This document shows positions 35,636 through 45,502 of a DNA stretch of 64,000 bases, piece by piece. The DNA comes from Methanomassiliicoccales archaeon (GTDB lineage Archaea; Thermoplasmatota; Thermoplasmata; Methanomassiliicoccales; UBA472), in contig JAVBWG010000006.1 in NCBI GenBank assembly GCA_036677555.1, positions 70,202 to 134,201 of the forward strand. Direction: 5' to 3'. Position 1 is the first letter of the stretch; every line of letters starts with the position of its first letter. The translations under genes were made by a program, and so were the position numbers. Below the pieces are notes generated by a model. It had not been told where the DNA came from. It saw nothing but the letters and a program-made list of their open reading frames with translations, and searched no databases.

Positions 35636-36498
35636 TCGATATGTCTAGCGATGGGCGAATGGGCATCGTGGGCTGTCCAATCCTGGAAGATGAGATAGTT
35701 TACATACTGAACAGGGACCGGGGCCTGCGGGACATTTTCGTGGTAGAAGATGAGCATTCCGAGAACTTGCTGAGGAAATTGCGCCCCTTGCGACCTGACG
35801 TCCATACCATCAGGGAGACGGAGATCGCTGAACTGCCAAAAGGTGAAGGTCGGACCTGCCTGGTCTGGATGAAGCCCTTTGGACTTCATGAATACCCGAA
35901 GGAACTGGCAAAGGAGGTGGTGAGCGCGGTCAAGCAGATAGACCGCCAATGCTCAGCAATATTGCTTGGCTATGGACTGTGCGGAAACGCCTTCAAGGAC
36001 ATGGACATGCTATTTGAGGACGTGCGATCGCCAGTGGTCATACTGACCGATGAAAGAGGACAGATCGTGGATGACTGCATCGCCGCCCCATTAGGGGGAA
36101 CGGACGGTTACCTGCGGCTGTTGAAGCGCTATGCTGGCGTGTTCTATATGACCCCGGCCTGGGCCGAGAACTGGCGGGGCCTCATCAACAAGATGGAGTT
36201 CACCAAGGGTACGGAGAACGGGAACCTGGAAACGCTAAAGATGCTCTTTGATTATGCCGGATACAACCGGGTCTTGCGCATTGATACCGGGATAGGAGAT
36301 AGGGAGCACTTCCACGAAAAAGTCAGGGAGTTCAGCGAAGAGTTCAATTTCAGAGAAGTGGACCTGGAACCGGGATTCGTTTCTACCAAGGTAATCGAGG
36401 ATGCTTACGATAAATGTCTGCATCTGATGGAAAAAGGCCATAGGGTGACGGAAGAACAGAGCTCTGGACCGGAATCGGTCCTAATCTCCCATCAATAG
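35632..36498 (+). CDS. DUF1638-like protein
   Basis: IVGCPILEDEIVYIL and LLGYGLCGNA motifs match my recollection of DUF1638, a family often found near corrinoid methyltransferase genes. Confidence 0.55.
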   Translation: MIDMSSDGRMGIVGCPILEDEIVYILNRDRGLRDIFVVEDEHSENLLRKLRPLRPDVHTIRETEIAELPKGEGRTCLVWMKPFGLHEYPKELAKEVVSAVKQIDRQCSAILLGYGLCGNAFKDMDMLFEDVRSPVVILTDERGQIVDDCIAAPLGGTDGYLRLLKRYAGVFYMTPAWAENWRGLINKMEFTKGTENGNLETLKMLFDYAGYNRVLRIDTGIGDREHFHEKVREFSEEFNFREVDLEPGFVSTKVIEDAYDKCLHLMEKGHRVTEEQSSGPESVLISHQ

Positions 36499-36831
36499 TA
36501 TAGCATAGTCAACACGAAATTGTAAATCAGTACCATCATCAGGCCTTCAGAAGGTCGCTATGGCATGTCATCTGCTTTAGATGATTTCCTGTCCGTTCAT
36601 ATTATCCTTACCTTTGGAACGCAGAGGAACCATGATAATTGGCATTTTTAGTTGGTGAGAAGAGACGATTTATACCTGCATAAGAAATGACCAGTATGAT
36701 AGGGCATCGGGGACAACAAGAGATTTCAATGATCATTTGACCTATACGTATTAGTAAAGAGTGTTAGATAATTGAGATATTAAAAGAAGAAGTAAGTAAA
36801 AGGGAAGTGGTTTGTAAGTTTTTATTCAGGT

Positions 36832-37014
36832 TTAGAACCTGTCCTTCGGCTTGTGCTTCTGGAAGCAGTCCCTGCAGTAGACAGGCCTGCCCTCAGTCGG
36901 CTTGAAAGGAACCTGGGTCTTTGCTCCACAGTCGGAGCAGGTGACATCGTGCATCTCGCGGGGCCCGTCGTTTCTGGGGCGGTTGTATCCGCCCGACCTC
37001 TGTCGTCCGTACAT
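36832..37014 (-). CDS. CxxC-x17-CxxC zinc-ribbon small basic protein
   Basis: CSDCGAKTQVPFKPTEGRPVYCRDC with an Arg/Gly-rich N-terminus. Start moved to ATG 37014 (MYGRQRSGGYNRP...). Confidence 0.6.
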   Translation of the reverse strand: MYGRQRSGGYNRPRNDGPREMHDVTCSDCGAKTQVPFKPTEGRPVYCRDCFQKHKPKDRF

Positions 37015-37219
37015 TACTAATCTACCTATTGTTGTTAGCAAAGATCAGCTGACCCTTGTAACGAATTATGCGAAGCAGTTACTAGTATTTATATTGAGCA
37101 CTCAGGTATAGTGTAAATGAACAGGTCTCGGCACCTTGCCCCACAGGGGGGTGTCCAGCCCCCTTCTTACGGCGACGGTTCGGTTGGTTTTATCTACCTT
37201 GGACTTCCTGTTTTTCACC

Positions 37220-38737
37220 ATGAAGAAGACATCCCCCAAGAAGCGGACCTTCACCGATAGCTTCGGGAAGCCCGTGGAGGACGACCAGAACAGCATGACC
37301 GCCGGACGAAACGGTCCGACGTTGGTCCAGGATGTGCATCTGATCGAGAAGCTGGCCCATTTTGACCGGGAACGCATTCCGGAAAGGGTGGTCCATGCAA
37401 AAGGCGCCGGCGCCTACGGATACTTCGAGGTGACAGCTGACGTCACCAAGTATACCAAGGCCAAGTTCCTCAACAAGGTGGGAAAGAAAACCGACGTTTT
37501 CGTCAGGTTCTCCACCGTGGGCGGCGAGAAGGGCTCGGCGGACTCGGAGAGGGACCCCCGGGGTTTTGCGGTCAAGTTCTACACCGAGGAGGGGAACTAT
37601 GACATGGTCGGCAACAACACTCCGGTGTTCTTCATCCGCGACGCCATCAAATTCCCGGACTTCATCCACACCCAGAAGAGGAACCCGGCGACCAATCTCA
37701 AGGACCCCAACATGTTCTGGGACTTCCTATCGTTGACTCCGGAATCCATTCATCAGGTGACCATCCTGTTCTCGGACCGCGGCACGCCGGCCACTTATCG
37801 GAACATGAACGGATATACCAGCCACACCTACAAATGGTACAATGACAAAGGGGAATACTACTGGATCAAGCTGCATTTCAAGACCGAGCAGGGCATTAAG
37901 AACCTGACCGCCGCCGAGGCGGAGGGGATGAAGAGCAAGGACCCGGACCACGCCACCCGGGACCTTGCCGAATCGATCTCCAGGGGCGATTTCCCATCCT
38001 GGAAGGTCGAGGTTCAGATCATGACCCCCGAGCAGGCCGAGAAGTATCGCTTCGACCCCTTCGACATCACCAAGGTCTGGCCGCATGGCGATGTGCCGCC
38101 GATGACCATCGGCCGCATGGTGCTGAACCGCAACCCCGACAATTACTTCGCGGAGGTGGAACAATCGGCGTTCTCGCCGGGTAACTTCGTGCCTGGCATC
38201 GCCGCCTCTCCCGACAAGCTGCTGCAGGGCCGCCTGTTCTCCTATCATGACACGCACCGCCACCGGCTCGGCGCCAACTATCACCTGATCCCGGTCAACC
38301 AGCCCAAGGGCACGGTCGCCAATACGTATCAGCGCGACGGGCCAATGATGACCGGGGAGAACGGCGGGTCCGGGCCGAACTACTACCCGAACTCCTTCAA
38401 CGGCCCCGAGGCGGTCCCTGGATCGGGGGAGCCCGCCTTCGACCTGAAGGGCAAGGCGGCAAGGCAGCGCCACGACCACCCGAACTCGGACTTCGTTCAG
38501 GCCGGAGACCTCTATTCCAAGGTTATGAGCGACACCGACCGGAAGCACCTGGTGAGCAACATAGTAGGCCATCTCGGAGGAGCCGAGCAGCGACTCCAGT
38601 ACCGTCAGGTCGCCATATTCTATCTGGCAAACGCCGATTACGGCAAGCAGGTTGCCAAAGGCCTCAAGCTAGACCTCAAAAAGGTGAGGGAGCTGGCGGC
38701 GATGACTCAGGAGGAAAGGGTGAAGGCCACATCCTGA
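37220..38737 (+). CDS. Monofunctional haem catalase
   Basis: [22 protein letters not shown] (distal His region), [12 protein letters not shown], and the proximal Tyr region [17 protein letters not shown]. Start moved to ATG 37220. Confidence 0.95.
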   Translation: MKKTSPKKRTFTDSFGKPVEDDQNSMTAGRNGPTLVQDVHLIEKLAHFDRERIPERVVHAKGAGAYGYFEVTADVTKYTKAKFLNKVGKKTDVFVRFSTVGGEKGSADSERDPRGFAVKFYTEEGNYDMVGNNTPVFFIRDAIKFPDFIHTQKRNPATNLKDPNMFWDFLSLTPESIHQVTILFSDRGTPATYRNMNGYTSHTYKWYNDKGEYYWIKLHFKTEQGIKNLTAAEAEGMKSKDPDHATRDLAESISRGDFPSWKVEVQIMTPEQAEKYRFDPFDITKVWPHGDVPPMTIGRMVLNRNPDNYFAEVEQSAFSPGNFVPGIAASPDKLLQGRLFSYHDTHRHRLGANYHLIPVNQPKGTVANTYQRDGPMMTGENGGSGPNYYPNSFNGPEAVPGSGEPAFDLKGKAARQRHDHPNSDFVQAGDLYSKVMSDTDRKHLVSNIVGHLGGAEQRLQYRQVAIFYLANADYGKQVAKGLKLDLKKVRELAAMTQEERVKATS

Positions 38738-38746
38738 ACGAAACAC

Positions 38747-38766
38747 TTTTTTATTTTTATTTTATT
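38747..38766 (+). terminator. Oligo-T tract downstream of the catalase gene
   Basis: TTTTTTATTTTTATTTTATT begins 10 nt after the stop. Confidence 0.4.
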
Positions 38767-39210
38767 CAATATTATATTTACCAATTTTGACGTATACTTT
38801 TTTATGAAATAATTTTGTAAAAATATTCATCCTGGTTGGAATATCCATATTATACATATATTACAATTATTATATTATATGATTATCATGATATTCATGC
38901 GCGAAAATTATATTTATGATGGGCTTTTTTAAGGAAATTGCGATTAGAAAAATTTGAATATATTATTATCGGAAGTATATAATTGGTGTTTGATTTGAAT
39001 AGTTCATCAGATTTAGATGTAAAGGGGGCTGGGTTGCGGAATCGCTCTTTGAAAGGACGCATCGCGGGAGCGAAAAGAGGCATAGAGAAGGTGGAGGGCC
39101 GCCTGGACCATGGCCTGCAAACCTTGGTCTCTCCGGTTTGGATGTCTGTGCAGGAGTTCCTGATAGGCCTGAGCCGCAAGGACCCGGTGGATGATGCGAA
39201 CGTCGAAACA

Positions 39211-40416
39211 ATGACCGACGGCGATGAGAAGATTGTGGTCAAAGAACTTTCCAAGGTCTTCAACTCCCACAACCCGGAAAAGGTGCTGAGGATGATGTCA
39301 TCCGGCTCAACGAAAGAGGAGATCCTCAATGCTACCGGGGCGACCGTGGGGCTCTATGACATAAACTTCACGGTAAGACAAGGCGAGCTCTTCGTTCTCA
39401 TGGGGCTGTCCGGCAGTGGGAAGTCCACTCTGGAGAGATGCCTGAACCGGCTTGTGGAACCCACTCATGGCGAGGTCGTTATCGATGGAAAGGATGTTCT
39501 GAGAATGAACCGCACCGACCTCAGGGAGTTCAGAAAGCGACGCATCGGCATGGTGTTCCAGAATTTCGCCCTGTTGCCGCACAGGTCCGTTCTCGACAAT
39601 GTCGCTTTTGGATTAGAGGTGCAGGGCGTGGGGCGCGATGAACGCTTCGCATCTGCTTTGAAGGCCATAGAGAACGTGGGCCTGAAAGGCTACGAGGGCA
39701 TGCTACCGTCCCAGCTGAGCGGGGGCATGAAGCAGCGTGTGGGACTGGCCAGGGCCCTGGCGACCGACGCGGACATATTGTTGATGGACGAGGCATTCAG
39801 CGCTCTGGACCCTTTGATTAGGAAGGATATGCAGGACGAACTGCTGGAACTTCAGCAGAGGATGAGGAAGACCATAATCTTCGTGACCCACGACCTCGAA
39901 GAGGCCTTGAGACTGGGGGACCGCATCGCACTGATGAACGACGGGCGGATCGTGCAGATAGGCACCGCCGAAGAGATACTGACCAATCCCGCGGACGATT
40001 TCATCTCCCGCTTCGTGGACGGAGTGGACCGCGACAAGGTGCTGACCTGTCAGAACGTAATGATGAGGCCGGAGCAGACCGTGACCATCGGACAGGGTCT
40101 GAGGACCGCCCTGGTCATCATGAGGGATTCCAACCTATCCAATGTGCCCGTCATCGACAGGGAGCACAGGTTCATGGGGCTGCTCTATGCCGACGACGCC
40201 TTGAAGGGTGTCAAGGAAGGCATGACCAAGATAATGGAAGCGGCTCAGACGGATATTCGCACCGTTCACCCGGACACATCTCTGGATGAACTGGTATCCA
40301 TTCTCATAGTGACCGATTATCCGATCCCGGTCATCTCGGACGAAGGCAAGCTGAATGGCATGATAGTGCCCGGGAACGTGCTTCCATTCCTCAACTCACA
40401 CCGGGGTGGTAACTGA
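39211..40416 (+). CDS. opuAA: Glycine betaine/proline betaine ABC transporter ATP-binding protein with tandem CBS domains
   Basis: From MTDGDEKIVVKELSKVF the sequence aligns with the N-terminus of Bacillus OpuAA as I recall it. GLSGSGKST, LSGGMKQRVGLARAL, ILLMDEAFSALD, and a CBS pair at the C-terminus. Confidence 0.9.
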   Translation: MTDGDEKIVVKELSKVFNSHNPEKVLRMMSSGSTKEEILNATGATVGLYDINFTVRQGELFVLMGLSGSGKSTLERCLNRLVEPTHGEVVIDGKDVLRMNRTDLREFRKRRIGMVFQNFALLPHRSVLDNVAFGLEVQGVGRDERFASALKAIENVGLKGYEGMLPSQLSGGMKQRVGLARALATDADILLMDEAFSALDPLIRKDMQDELLELQQRMRKTIIFVTHDLEEALRLGDRIALMNDGRIVQIGTAEEILTNPADDFISRFVDGVDRDKVLTCQNVMMRPEQTVTIGQGLRTALVIMRDSNLSNVPVIDREHRFMGLLYADDALKGVKEGMTKIMEAAQTDIRTVHPDTSLDELVSILIVTDYPIPVISDEGKLNGMIVPGNVLPFLNSHRGGN

Positions 40417-41243
40417 TGGTCGACAAGATACCCTGGGGAGAGTGGGCGGAAGGACTGGTCGACGTGGTAAAGGACAACCTCGAACCCGTTCTGGACGCCA
40501 CCTACAATGCCCTGGATGGCATGATGGACGTCACGCTCAAGGTGATGACCTCGCTGCCGGACCTGGCCATGATTGTGGCCATCGTCGTCTTCTCACTTCT
40601 GCTTACGAGGAAGATTCTCCTTTCCGCCGCCATCGGAGCGGCCCTTCTGGTGATCTGGAACATGGGGCTCTGGGAGCTATCGATGCTAACCCTGACCCTG
40701 GTCATCGTGGCCACGCTGATATCGTTGCTGGTAGGGATACCGCTCGGAATCATCAGTGCCAAGAACGATTGGTTCAATTCGATTATGAAGGTGGTACTGG
40801 ACTTCATGCAGACCATGCCCTCGTTCGTATATCTCATCCCGGTGGTCATCCTGTTCCGGCTCGGTGACGTGCCGGGCATAATCGCCACCGTGATCTTCGC
40901 CATCCCGCCGGTGGTCCGATTCACGAACCTCGGGATACGTGAGGTGCCCAAGGAGCTCAAGGAGGTCTCGGACTCCTTCGGAACGACCTGGCTGCAGAAG
41001 CTGACTAAGGTCGAGATCCCGATGGCCAAACCGACCATTATGGCCGGCATCAACCAATGCATCATGCTCTCGCTGTCAATGGTGGTCATTGCTTCCATGA
41101 TCGGCGCGACAGGGCTGGGCAGGAACGTGCTCATCGCCATCCAGAGAGTGGACGTTGCCCTTGGATTTGAAGCAGGATTGGCGGTGGTCCTCTTGGCAAT
41201 AATCTTGGACCGGCTCACCCAGAGCCTGGGGTCCAAACGATGA
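40416..41243 (+). CDS. opuAB: Glycine betaine ABC transporter permease
   Basis: ProW/OpuAB-like multi-TM protein with the loop EVSDSFGTTWLQKLTKVEIPMAKPTIMAGINQ. The start overlaps the upstream stop (TGATG). Confidence 0.9.
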   Translation: MVDKIPWGEWAEGLVDVVKDNLEPVLDATYNALDGMMDVTLKVMTSLPDLAMIVAIVVFSLLLTRKILLSAAIGAALLVIWNMGLWELSMLTLTLVIVATLISLLVGIPLGIISAKNDWFNSIMKVVLDFMQTMPSFVYLIPVVILFRLGDVPGIIATVIFAIPPVVRFTNLGIREVPKELKEVSDSFGTTWLQKLTKVEIPMAKPTIMAGINQCIMLSLSMVVIASMIGATGLGRNVLIAIQRVDVALGFEAGLAVVLLAIILDRLTQSLGSKR

Positions 41244-41304
41244 CGATTTCTCCCTTCACAAGGACCGGTCCCGCCGGTCCGGAGAGATAGGTAGGTGAAA
41301 TAGA

Positions 41305-42186
41305 ATGGATTCGAAACAGAAGAAGACCTTGATCGGCGTTGCCCTTGTGGCCGCGGTGGTCATAGTAGCCGCGATCGCGGCGCTCGGAAACAACGGGAAC
41401 GATGATGAGAACGACAAGATCCGCTTCGGATATGTGCTGTGGGAGGGCGAGATCGCCTCTACCAACGTGCTCACGCTGGTGCTTGAAGAGGCCGGCTTTG
41501 AGGTGGAGATGATCAACAGTGATGCGGGCATCATGTACGAATCATTGGCTAGCGGAGACATTGACATAAGCGTGTCCGCCTGGCTTCCTGTCACCCAAGG
41601 TAATTATTGGGATGTCTATGGAGATGACATTGTCGATGTCGGAGCAAATCTGGAAGGCTGTGTCATAGGGCTAGTGGTCCCGACCTACCTCACCGAGGTC
41701 AACTCGATCTATGACCTGGCGAACTACTCTAGCGAGTTCCAGGACCGAATAGTCGGTATCGACCCGGGCGCCGGTATGATGACCAACACCGAGGATGCCA
41801 TTGACCTGTACGATCTGGACTTTGACCTGTTGGCCAGCAGCAGCGCAGGCATGCTCGCCGAACTGACGGCCGCCTATGAGGATGGGGAACACATCGTGGT
41901 CACACTATGGTCTCCGCACTATGCCTTCGCCAAGTGGGATCTGAAATACCTTGAGGACCCGCAGGGAGTGTTCGGCGAGGAGGAGTTCGTCCACTCATTG
42001 ACCCGCGAAGGTTTCCAGGAGGACAACCCGGAGGCCTACGCCATTCTGGAAAGGTTTAACTGGACCCAGGATGACATCCAGACCGTCATGGGTTATATCT
42101 TCAACGATGGCATGACGGAGAAGGCCGCGGCCCAGAAATGGATAGATGATAACCGCGATACGGTAGACCAATGGCTGGGCCTCTGA
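41305..42186 (+). CDS. opuAC: Glycine betaine ABC transporter substrate-binding protein, TM-anchored
   Basis: N-terminal anchor, then IRFGYVLWEGEIASTNVLTLVLEEAGFEVE and GDIDISVSAWLPVTQ, typical of OpuAC/ProX. Confidence 0.85.
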   Translation: MDSKQKKTLIGVALVAAVVIVAAIAALGNNGNDDENDKIRFGYVLWEGEIASTNVLTLVLEEAGFEVEMINSDAGIMYESLASGDIDISVSAWLPVTQGNYWDVYGDDIVDVGANLEGCVIGLVVPTYLTEVNSIYDLANYSSEFQDRIVGIDPGAGMMTNTEDAIDLYDLDFDLLASSSAGMLAELTAAYEDGEHIVVTLWSPHYAFAKWDLKYLEDPQGVFGEEEFVHSLTREGFQEDNPEAYAILERFNWTQDDIQTVMGYIFNDGMTEKAAAQKWIDDNRDTVDQWLGL

Positions 42187-42197
42187 ACGGTCAAAAC

Positions 42198-42211
42198 TTT
42201 TTTCCTTTTTT
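42198..42211 (+). terminator. Oligo-T terminator after the opuA operon
   Basis: TTTTTTCCTTTTTT lies 12 nt after the stop. Confidence 0.45.
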
Positions 42212-42368
42212 ACCACAGGTCTAATTAAAGGTCCGTGGTCGTTTTCTTTGATGTGTAAGCTTGTTTCATTGAGGAGCATCACCTTGGGATACACACATCG
42301 GTACAAGATCCCCTGACGATCAGAGAAATGATGGTAATAATGAATATGGTTCAGAGAATTGTGGTCGC

Positions 42369-43079
42369 ATGAACATTGAGGAAGCGATCAGGAACGCCCT
42401 CAACGGAGAGAACGACTATCTGGGCTTCGCGGACCTGACCCAGGTCGATCCGGGGAATCTGTCCCCGGCAGGTATCGATCTCAGCGTGTACCCCCGGGCG
42501 GTGTCTGTCGGTGTGCGGCTCATCGATGACGTGGTCGACCTGGTACCTCGGCAGGAGGAGAGATGGGCCGCGATAATGTATGACAGTATGGCCTACGATT
42601 CCACAAACATCATATTGGACCGCATCGGCGCACGTGTGGCAAGCGTCCTCCAAAGGAACGGATACCATGCCCTTCCTATCCCCGCTTCCAGAAGGGTCGA
42701 TGATGGCAGGATATGCGGCCTTTTCTCGCATAAGATGGCGGCGCACCTAGCCGGACTTGGTTGGATAGGCAAGAGCTGCCTGCTGGTCACCCCCGACCAC
42801 GGACCAAGGGTGCGATGGACCACCGTGCTCACCGACGCCCCCCTTGCCCCGTTGGGAACGCCCTTGGAGCAGCGTTGCGGTGATTGCATGGAATGCGTGA
42901 AGAACTGCCCCACATCAGCCATTATGGGCCGCAACTTCGTTGAGGACGAGCCCAGGGAGGTCAGATTTGATGCCCGGCTATGTGACGAGAACTACAAGAG
43001 AATGAAGGCGGAGGGAAAAGTGCAGGTGTGCGGCATGTGCCTGTATGCCTGCCCTTACGGGAGGAAGAGCGACCGTTGA
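42369..43079 (+). CDS. 4Fe-4S dicluster domain protein, epoxyqueuosine reductase (QueG)/reductive dehalogenase-like
   Basis: SHKMAAHLAGLGWIGKSCLLVTP, CGDCMECVKNCPTSAI and CGMCLYACP motifs. Confidence 0.6.
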   Translation: MNIEEAIRNALNGENDYLGFADLTQVDPGNLSPAGIDLSVYPRAVSVGVRLIDDVVDLVPRQEERWAAIMYDSMAYDSTNIILDRIGARVASVLQRNGYHALPIPASRRVDDGRICGLFSHKMAAHLAGLGWIGKSCLLVTPDHGPRVRWTTVLTDAPLAPLGTPLEQRCGDCMECVKNCPTSAIMGRNFVEDEPREVRFDARLCDENYKRMKAEGKVQVCGMCLYACPYGRKSDR

Positions 43080-43101
43080 CGGTCATCAGCCGGTGAGGCC
43101 C

Positions 43102-43818
43102 TCATTTCCTTGCCCATACCACCGCACCCATATGGTCCTTCCATATCACATCTACCTTGGAGAAACCCGCCTCCCTGAGCCATTCCAGCTGGTCCATGAG
43201 CATGGGCAGGGAATCTTCCCTGCGATGCCGGTCCAATATCGCCTGAACGTCCGTCTCGCTCATCGTTTGCCGCATGAACTCTTTCCATTTGTGTTTGTAC
43301 AGCTGTTCCAAACATTCATCCGAACCAAGTACGGCGTCGGCGTTGACGAAGACGCCCCCTGGTCGCAGACACTCAAACACCCTGGTATTGAAGCGGCGTT
43401 TGTCGTCGTCAGTAATCAGATGATGCAACGCCAACGATGATACCACGGCGTCAGTGTTCCCGGGCAGTTCGAGTTCGTAGAAATCCTTGAGCACGAATTG
43501 CACATCGGACGCAGGGTCCAATCGCTGCCGGGCCTTGTCAAGCATATCACTGGTCATGTCCACACAGGTCAAGTGGCAACCTGGATAGCGCTGAAGGACA
43601 AGTTCGGCCAGGGCACCTGTTCCGGTCCCCAGGTCAATGATGTGTAAATCATCGGATTCGAAAGGCAGGGAATCGATGGCGGATTCGAGCATCCTGCGGT
43701 AATGGGGGACGCTTCTGGCTATCTCTAGGTCGTATTCATCCTTCCGGCTGGAAAAGTCGTTCCGTATGGAACGCATCTTCATCGTGCGCTCATCGCTCAT
43801 TCTTTCAAAGGGAGGCAT
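43102..43818 (-). CDS. Class I SAM-dependent methyltransferase
   Basis: Motif I IIDLGTGTGALAELV, then CVDMTSDMLDKA. Confidence 0.8.
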   Translation of the reverse strand: MPPFERMSDERTMKMRSIRNDFSSRKDEYDLEIARSVPHYRRMLESAIDSLPFESDDLHIIDLGTGTGALAELVLQRYPGCHLTCVDMTSDMLDKARQRLDPASDVQFVLKDFYELELPGNTDAVVSSLALHHLITDDDKRRFNTRVFECLRPGGVFVNADAVLGSDECLEQLYKHKWKEFMRQTMSETDVQAILDRHRREDSLPMLMDQLEWLREAGFSKVDVIWKDHMGAVVWARK

Positions 43819-43926
43819 TTCCAGGCAATGAACATTTTGCTTGGCCGGATCGGATTTTTAACATCTGGGGAAGAAAATTGACATCTCTGCATCGGGCGCG
43901 GCAATTTTCTAAGAAGTCAGAGGAAA

Positions 43927-44001
43927 TGGTGGACACTGGGGGATTTGAACCCCCGGCCTCCGCCTTGCGAAGGCGGCGATCTTCCGCTGATCTAAGTGCC
44001 C
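43927..44001 (-). tRNA. tRNA-Ala (anticodon CGC), CCA encoded
   Basis: Manual fold of the minus strand: GGGCACU-UA-GAUC AGCGGAA GAUC-G-CCGCC UUCGCAA GGCGG-AGGCC-GGGGG UUCAAAU CCCCC-AGUGUCC-A-CCA. The G3:U70 alanine identity pair is present. Confidence 0.9.
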
Positions 44002-44028
44002 GTGCGAACGTCAGGAAACATACCCAGG

Positions 44029-44036
44029 TTTATAAT
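44029..44036 (-). promoter_or_regulatory. BRE/TATA promoter of tRNA-Ala
   Basis: The minus strand reads GCAAAGG-ATTATAAA, centred ~32 nt upstream of the tRNA 5' end. Confidence 0.5.
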
Positions 44037-44046
44037 CCTTTGCTGC

Positions 44047-45405
44047 TCACCCCAGCAGCTTCCTGGCCTTGGCCACCGCGTCATCGGTCATCTGCGGCGC
44101 GAAGCCCAGATAGTTCGCCGGGTCCATAATCTCGGCCAGCTCATCCTTGGTGAAGTGCTTCTTGACCTCGGGGTTCTGCCACAGGGCCTTTTCCAAGTCC
44201 CAGCCCTTCTCCTCGGCCTTCATGCTGGTGGAGCGCACGATCTCGTGGGCGTCCTGCCGGCCTATGCCCTTTCCTGTCAAAGCCATCATCACAGGCTCGG
44301 CCATGATCATCCCCTTGGCCGCCTTGATGTTCCTAAGCATGTTCTGCTCGTTGACGGAAATCCCGCGGAACACCGTCTCCATCTTGGCCAGGACATCGTC
44401 CGTAAGTATCATGACATGCGGCAGCGTGAAACGCTCCGCGGAGGAGTTGCTGAGGTCCCTCTCGTGCCACAGGACCATGTTCTCGAAGGTCGGGGTGATG
44501 AAACCACGGACAACGCGGCTCAGGCCGCAGATGTTCTCCGATATTATCGGGTTCCGCTTCTGGGCCATGGTCGAGCTTCCGACCTGCTTCTTGGCGTCGA
44601 AGGATTCGGCCACTTCGGCGATCTCCGAACGCTGCAGGTTGCGGACCTCCGTAGCGTACCTTTCGCATGATGTACATATGTTGGCCATAAGGCACACCAG
44701 TTCCGTGTACCGGTCCCGGCAGACCACCTGTGTGGCCGCCTCCTCGAAGCCCAGCCCGAGGTCCTTCATCATGAAAGACTGGACCTCTCTTGCCTTCGGA
44801 CCGAGCGCAGCGGCGGTGCCTATCGCTCCGGACAGCTTTCCGACGCATGCGCGTTTGCGCACCTCACGCACCCGCTCGATGTGCCTCATGACCTCAGAGA
44901 CGTAGCCGGCCACCTTGAAGCCGTAAGTGGTGGGAATGGCGTTCTGTCCGTGCGTTCGCCCCATGCACATGGTGGAACGGTGCCGCTCGGCCAGGTCCGC
45001 CAAAGTGGAAAGGAGCGCCAACAGATCCGCCTCCACGATCTCCAGGGCGGCCTTCACCTGCAGCGCGGTCGTGGTGTCAATGATATCGTTGGACGTCGCA
45101 CCCAGGTGCACGTAGTTTCCAGCTGTCCCGCACTTTTCCGAGAGCGCCTTCACCACAGCCATCACATCATGCCTGGTCTCCGCCTCGATCTCGTACACCC
45201 TCTCCCTGGTGACGACATCGATCGAAGCTGCGCAGGTGATCTCCCTTGCCGCGGAGCGAGGGATGTTTCCGGCCTTGGCATGGGCACGGGCAAGCGCCGC
45301 CTCGACCTTCAGCTGGATGTCTATCCTGCGGTCCTCGGAGAATATGGCCTTTATCTCCTTGCGCCCATAACGGAAGTCTAAGGGACAGATAAGCATCGAA
45401 CACAC
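44047..45405 (-). CDS. purB: Adenylosuccinate lyase
   Basis: PLDFRYG N-terminus and fumarate-lyase signature GSSTMAQKRNP. 452 aa; the true start may be Met-4. Confidence 0.92.
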   Translation of the reverse strand: MCSMLICPLDFRYGRKEIKAIFSEDRRIDIQLKVEAALARAHAKAGNIPRSAAREITCAASIDVVTRERVYEIEAETRHDVMAVVKALSEKCGTAGNYVHLGATSNDIIDTTTALQVKAALEIVEADLLALLSTLADLAERHRSTMCMGRTHGQNAIPTTYGFKVAGYVSEVMRHIERVREVRKRACVGKLSGAIGTAAALGPKAREVQSFMMKDLGLGFEEAATQVVCRDRYTELVCLMANICTSCERYATEVRNLQRSEIAEVAESFDAKKQVGSSTMAQKRNPIISENICGLSRVVRGFITPTFENMVLWHERDLSNSSAERFTLPHVMILTDDVLAKMETVFRGISVNEQNMLRNIKAAKGMIMAEPVMMALTGKGIGRQDAHEIVRSTSMKAEEKGWDLEKALWQNPEVKKHFTKDELAEIMDPANYLGFAPQMTDDAVAKARKLLG

Positions 45406-45502
45406 CGTTCACGATAGAGTTCAAGTGATGATGCTCTTGACATATAAGCTTACTATCGCGCGAAGAATGCACCCTCTGATAATTGAGGGGTTATCCATTA
45501 AT

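Noticed and set aside
38983-39210. TTG 38983 as the opuAA start (76-aa N-terminal extension)
   Set aside because: Homology to OpuAA/ProV begins exactly at MTDGDEK (39211), and the extension has no recognisable features. It is kept as an open question under findings.
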